A stretch of 64,000 bases of DNA from a virus. Shown here piece by piece: positions 59,732 through 64,000 of this stretch (the stretch's first letter is position 1; each line of letters opens with the position of its first letter). The DNA lies in IMG/VR virus record IMGVR_UViG_3300049719_000183, positions 8,486-72,485 of that record; one strand, given 5' to 3'. Below the pieces are notes generated by a model, which saw only the letters and a list, made by a program, of their open reading frames with translations, had not been told where the DNA came from and did not search any database. A program made the translations under genes and the position numbers.

Positions 59732-60370
59732 TGTGCTCCACACCCTCGAAGAGATCCTTCAGCTGAGATTTTGGCACGCAGCTCCAGTCAGACACGACGT
59801 AGCCGGGATTCTCAGGCGTGCCCTTGACGTGGCGAAAGAAGCCCGGCAAGTGGACGAGGAACAGGTCTGGGTCGGCCTTGTGCTCAATGTATACGAGCGC
59901 TCCGTCAGGGCTCAGGGGCAGGCGGGTGATTTGCCAGTTGTTCACGAAAGGGGCGGGTTGATGTCGATGCGGGTGATCCCGTCCTCACCTACCAGCACCA
60001 CTTCGCTTACCCGGGCCTTCTCCGAGTAGATCACGTCCCAACGGGACAGTTTGCCAAGCTGGTACAGGATGCGGCTGGAGGGCACCAACTCGGAGGATGT
60101 GAGTTGGCTGATCACCTCGGCAGGCAGTGAATCCGCCGGGAGAGGGCAGAGCGCTCCATTGGGCTGAGCAGCCTGTTGGCAGAACTGGATATGGCCTTCC
60201 AACAGGCGAGCACCGTCCTGGCCGACGACGAGAAACTGCGGCCCCACGTAACCGCCCTTGGGTAATTTGTGGGAGGCCGTGTTGAGCGTGTCGAGGAAGC
60301 TGAACTTGTGCGTCTGCCAGTTGACGCACGCAGGGCAGGTGGAATCCCAGGTGATGGTGACTTCGTTCAT
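59646..60370 (-). CDS. Hypothetical protein, probably one gene split by an indel in a C run near 59950
   Basis: GTTCT-N8-ATG at 60370; the two frames join if one C is added. Confidence 0.5.
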
Positions 60371-60383
60371 GGGGGTATAGAAC

Positions 60384-61445
60384 TCAGGCGGTGAGCGCCC
60401 TGCCCACTTCCAGGAGTTCCTCACCTGTGAACCCGTCAAGGGGCTTCTTCAGCACCCAATCGTGTACCCAGTCCACGGAGGGCAGTCCCGTCAAAATGTC
60501 GGGATTTTTGTCGTGATGAGCGGGAGAAAGCTGGTAATCCGGCTCCACGAACGCGGCTAGGGGGCAGGCGTGGAACCGGGCGGCCTCCTCAGCCGTTCTG
60601 ATGACCACCTGAGCCCGATCCTCCCCAAGGGAGCCGTAGCCCTCCAACTCATCCACCGAAAGCCTCAGGTAGCGGGGATAGGGGCTTGGAAGGGCCAGCC
60701 ACTCGATGGCGAGGGTGTCCAGGTCGAGCAAGCCCACCCGCTTCGTCTGCCCCATCTCTCCGAAGTCTTGCTGGAAGGGGCTGCCCACGTAGTGGACATT
60801 GGCAGCCAGTGACTGTGGCTGGTGAACATGGCCGAGGAGCACTTGGTCGGCCTTCCGTAGGGTGGACAATATGATTCCGCCAGGCATCGAACGCCCGTTG
60901 TTCGTGGCCCCGCACACGGCCAGGTGTCCCAGTACAAGCACACGGTAGCCGGGGTATAAGAAACCATTGCTCTCTTTGCCATTTTTCAGCTCGTCGATGC
61001 GTCCAGCGAGCCACCAATCGGTCCACTCCTCGTCCTCTGGAAAGCTAACAGCAATGATAGCCAGATCATTGATGCGGATGATCTCACGACTCTCCACCAC
61101 ATGATGGTATTGGCCGTACATCCCACCAGGATGCTGCGCCGTGTCCCTGTAGGCCTGCTCGTGGTTGCCGATGAGCTTGATCGACAGCGTGGGATCTGGG
61201 CATATCCGATTCAGGCCCCGCATCACTGCACTGATCGTGGGGACGGGAAGCGCCTTACGGTCGTCCGTCGTGTCGCCCAGGTCGATCAGGTAGCTGCACT
61301 CATGCTGCCGGTACAGCGTAGCCAAGTCGGCGTAGAACCTTTCGACGCGCCACCGCTGCAGAGGGATCGCGAGGTTTGCGCGGAGCCTTTCGCCTTCCGT
61401 TGCCTCTGTGGCCTGCAGATCCGTGTACACGAGGGCTCTTGCCAT
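60384..61445 (-). CDS. Mre11/SbcD/gp47-like recombination nuclease
   Basis: YTDLQ, DLGD, LIGNHE, LGH, LGHVHQPQ, YVGSPFQQDFGE. Confidence 0.9.
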   Translation of the reverse strand: MARALVYTDLQATEATEGERLRANLAIPLQRWRVERFYADLATLYRQHECSYLIDLGDTTDDRKALPVPTISAVMRGLNRICPDPTLSIKLIGNHEQAYRDTAQHPGGMYGQYHHVVESREIIRINDLAIIAVSFPEDEEWTDWWLAGRIDELKNGKESNGFLYPGYRVLVLGHLAVCGATNNGRSMPGGIILSTLRKADQVLLGHVHQPQSLAANVHYVGSPFQQDFGEMGQTKRVGLLDLDTLAIEWLALPSPYPRYLRLSVDELEGYGSLGEDRAQVVIRTAEEAARFHACPLAAFVEPDYQLSPAHHDKNPDILTGLPSVDWVHDWVLKKPLDGFTGEELLEVGRALTA

Positions 61446-61944
61446 TTCCAGTAAGAACAGGCTGGGGATAGGGGTGGTCGATTACCCACATCCTCCCGTT
61501 CATGCCGTCAATGATCTTGAACACGTCCTGGATGGCAGGCACGTATTCAGCCGCAGACACCCTCAGGGTGCCTTCAATGTCACTTATGGCGATTGCCATC
61601 ACCCTGTTTTTTTCCAGGGCGAGGGCTAGGCTTTTGCTCAGGTTTATCTTCATAGAGTCGGGCCTTGAAGGCTGTCTTGATGATTTTGGACAGGCACTCG
61701 GCGGTCTTTCCGCAACAAGGGTGGTCGCCGTCCTCGAAGAAGACCTTAGTCACTAGCATCACGATCTCATCCAGGGCCATGTCCTTGCGGATCAGCTCTG
61801 CGCCACCCATGTCCCGCATCATCAGGACGGTCTCGCACAGCTCGGTCTTGGTGGCGAAGTTGGTCTCACCGTGGTCGATGTACTCCTCGCTGCAGTTGTT
61901 GGCAATCTGCAGCGCACGGTCCTTGGATATGGTGCCTCGCTTCT

Positions 61945-62571
61945 TCATGCTTTCCTCATTTTCTTCCTGCGAAGTATCTCCTTGTTGGTGTAGTAATCGG
62001 GGTGAACTTTCAGGAACCGTCTCAGACCCGCCTTCCACCTCTCCCTGCGTTTCCGAACGCCCAAGGCTGCCATTATCCGTGCGGTCTTCTGTCTGTTGAG
62101 GAGGGCGTGGTGGGGGCAGAGGACGCCTGGCTTGCCGTTCGCCTTTATCTCCACGGGAGTCTTGCAACAGGTGCACAATCCCAACTTCTTGCGACGTTCC
62201 CTAGCCCTGTTCTTCAGGAACTTGTCACGCTTTTTCCCATCTGGAGTGCTTCTGAACGCTCTGAGGGCTGCATTTTGCAGGATGATATGCCTTCTGCAGA
62301 GCTCACGAGGGCCTCCGTCCTTCCTGTGCCACACCGGGTTGTCGCATCTCAGGCATAGTCCGAGTTTCCTGCGTCTCTCCCGGTAGGCATTTGCACTGGC
62401 CCTGACTTTTGCCCTGCCCTCTTCCGTGCTCATCATGCGCTTTCTGTAGGCACGGCCCCAACGCAGGCACATCTTCTGGTGCCGCGCACAGACTCGGGCC
62501 GGGCTGCCGTCCAAGTTGACGGTGACGGGATCGCCACAGCGAATGCACGCTCCCCTCATATCAGAGATCAT
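61945..62571 (-). CDS. Basic protein with three CxxC...CxxH zinc-finger repeats
   Basis: GACIRC..VCARH; GLCLRC..LCRRH; GLCTCC..LCPHH. Confidence 0.75.
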   Translation of the reverse strand: MISDMRGACIRCGDPVTVNLDGSPARVCARHQKMCLRWGRAYRKRMMSTEEGRAKVRASANAYRERRRKLGLCLRCDNPVWHRKDGGPRELCRRHIILQNAALRAFRSTPDGKKRDKFLKNRARERRKKLGLCTCCKTPVEIKANGKPGVLCPHHALLNRQKTARIMAALGVRKRRERWKAGLRRFLKVHPDYYTNKEILRRKKMRKA

Positions 62572-63052
62572 GTGTGGGTGCTTTTCTCCTCGAACTCACG
62601 GGCCTTGTGGAGGAGATCAACAAGGCCTAACTCGCTGGTGACTGATTCGGCGGTGAAGCGATTTTTGAAGAGCGTCACCAGTCCGTTGGACTCCCTTCGG
62701 AAGACCAGGTTGGCACGGTCGATGTCCTCCTGCTTAAAGGTGCCGGGAGGAGCGTCTGTGAGGTCGAGTATCCTGTGTGGGGTCATGACACAGGAGAGAA
62801 CTCACTTGTGGTCCGAGGTGCAGGTATCGCCACCGCGACACCCAAAGTAGCCGTGACAGCAGATGTTAGCGGACGCCTTGTTGAGCCAGGCGGAGGCGGC
62901 GAGCAGGTGGTTTTGCTTGGTGTGGTCCGTCCCCGTCTCAGCGTGAGCTACACCCATGACGTAGACGGCCAGTTCGCGCAGCTCCCGACTCGGGAGCCTG
63001 CACATCTCCTGCGGGTTGGGCAGGTGCCTGAGACAAAACTCTTGTGGGTTAT

Positions 63053-63187
63053 TCATCTGAGGAAGGGTTCCACAGGCAGGTAATGCCCGTCACGTTGCAG
63101 CTGCAGCTGTAGAATCTCACAGTTTTTCAGGTTGCGGGTGGCCTCGAACTGCCCGTGCCTGACCAGGAGGATGCGCTGTGGTTTCAT
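63053..63187 (-). pseudogene. Internally deleted histidine phosphatase remnant
   Basis: MKPQRILLVRHGQ joined directly to NLKNCEILQL...DGHY; only 44 aa. Confidence 0.6.
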
Positions 63188-63840
63188 GCCATGACAAAGG
63201 TGAACCGGCGTTGGCGACTCTCGATGACGGGTTTTGGCTCTTCGTAATCGTAGTCGCACTCGTAGACGGTGGGCCGCTCCTTCACCTCGATCTCCTTGAT
63301 GATGATCTGCCCTCTCGTATTGGGGTCGATATTGATAGGTACACGAACCTGCACATAGGGCAGTCCACTGGCGGGGCTGGTAGACTGGGCGGTGATGACT
63401 CCATCCGTTTCGATGTACACCAACTCCCAACCGTTGTAGCCCATCTGCCAGATGTGCTTGCAATAGCCCTGCCAGGATGAGCCCACCATCACAGTGTGGA
63501 TGGTGCCTAGAGGCGCTGACCAGCTGGGAGGTTGATAGAGTTCACCCATAAGGGGTAATAGATTGCCCCTTAGAGGCCCTTCCTTCACTTAAGGGGTTGT
63601 GGAAGCCGCCGGGAATGTTGCCAGCATGCACGCAGTTGTCGCAGAGCGAGGGCTCGGGGGCGTGATACTGGAACATCCAAGCGATGTCTCTGAATTGGGG
63701 GTAGTCTGCGAGGTTCATTTGAAGCAGCGTTGGCAAATCCAGCGTGTGCAGCCGTTGTGAGAGTAGGCTGGGATGCGGTCGTGGCCGAACAACCAGCAGC
63801 GGAGTGTCCTAAGTAATCTCACACTGTCTGTCTCATTGCA

Positions 63841-63900
63841 CTGTGTGCCCATCGTGAAGCTGGTTGTCGTCTGTGTGCCCATCGTGAAGCTGGTTGTCGT
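63841..63900. repeat. Perfect 30-bp tandem duplication
   Basis: CTGTGTGCCCATCGTGAAGCTGGTTGTCGT x2. Confidence 0.97.
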
Positions 63901-64000
63901 TGACTGGTGTCTCCCTGGGCACGGGTGATCCAATCTCATCCACGGACTGCCATTCCTCCACGTCGTTTGCCATCCACACCCTTGTGATGTGGCTGCCGTC

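Noticed and set aside
12300-59960. Programmed frameshifting or recoding at about 12318, 30626, 34168, 44677, 53797 and 59950
   Set aside because: Each is a single-base indel, mostly in a short homopolymer (often CC to C), with no shared slippery site. Sequencing error or decay is more likely; raw reads are needed.

Overview
The whole window is a segment of a large, GC-rich, T4-like contractile-tailed bacteriophage genome. No host housekeeping genes, rRNA, tRNA or CRISPR array were seen. Positions 1-29 kb hold core genes: an Ig-domain virion protein, two GT9-like glycosyltransferases, a UvsW-like helicase with an intein, a DUF1376-like initiator, baseplate wedge, portal, gp25-like protein, HU/IHF-like protein, tail fibres, UvsY/gp32/UvsX-like recombination genes, a gp55-like sigma factor with a Mor-like tail, and TraR/DksA. 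Positions 29-50 kb are a run of small early-type ORFs, including an HD hydrolase, a ligase core, methyltransferases and an HNH protein. Positions 50.6-59.7 kb are a probable late-transcribed cluster of modular proteins, and 59.7-64 kb is a reverse-strand block with an Mre11/gp47-like nuclease. Five signals stand out. (1) The 50.6-59.7 kb cluster is built from unrelated small domains (Acb1-like 2H phosphoesterase, ART-like, GNAT-like and others) separated by a recurring peptide (M/ES)xTRxxIDRLFE. This looks like a capsid-targeting and head-protease signal, suggesting a shuffleable, virion-packaged polyprotein effector arsenal. (2) The helicase intein carries its DUF559/Vsr-like endonuclease in a different reading frame, so 882 bp are double-coding. 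(3) Eight unrelated proteins share a C-terminal RRF[N/T/S][F/M] motif. (4) Three classes of promoter-like motif sit at fixed short distances from start codons, implying leaderless mRNAs. (5) A patchwork gene at 40.3-40.8 kb is stitched from three exact copies of distant segments. All product calls come from motif recognition by eye, with no database search. Several single-base frameshifts may be sequencing errors.
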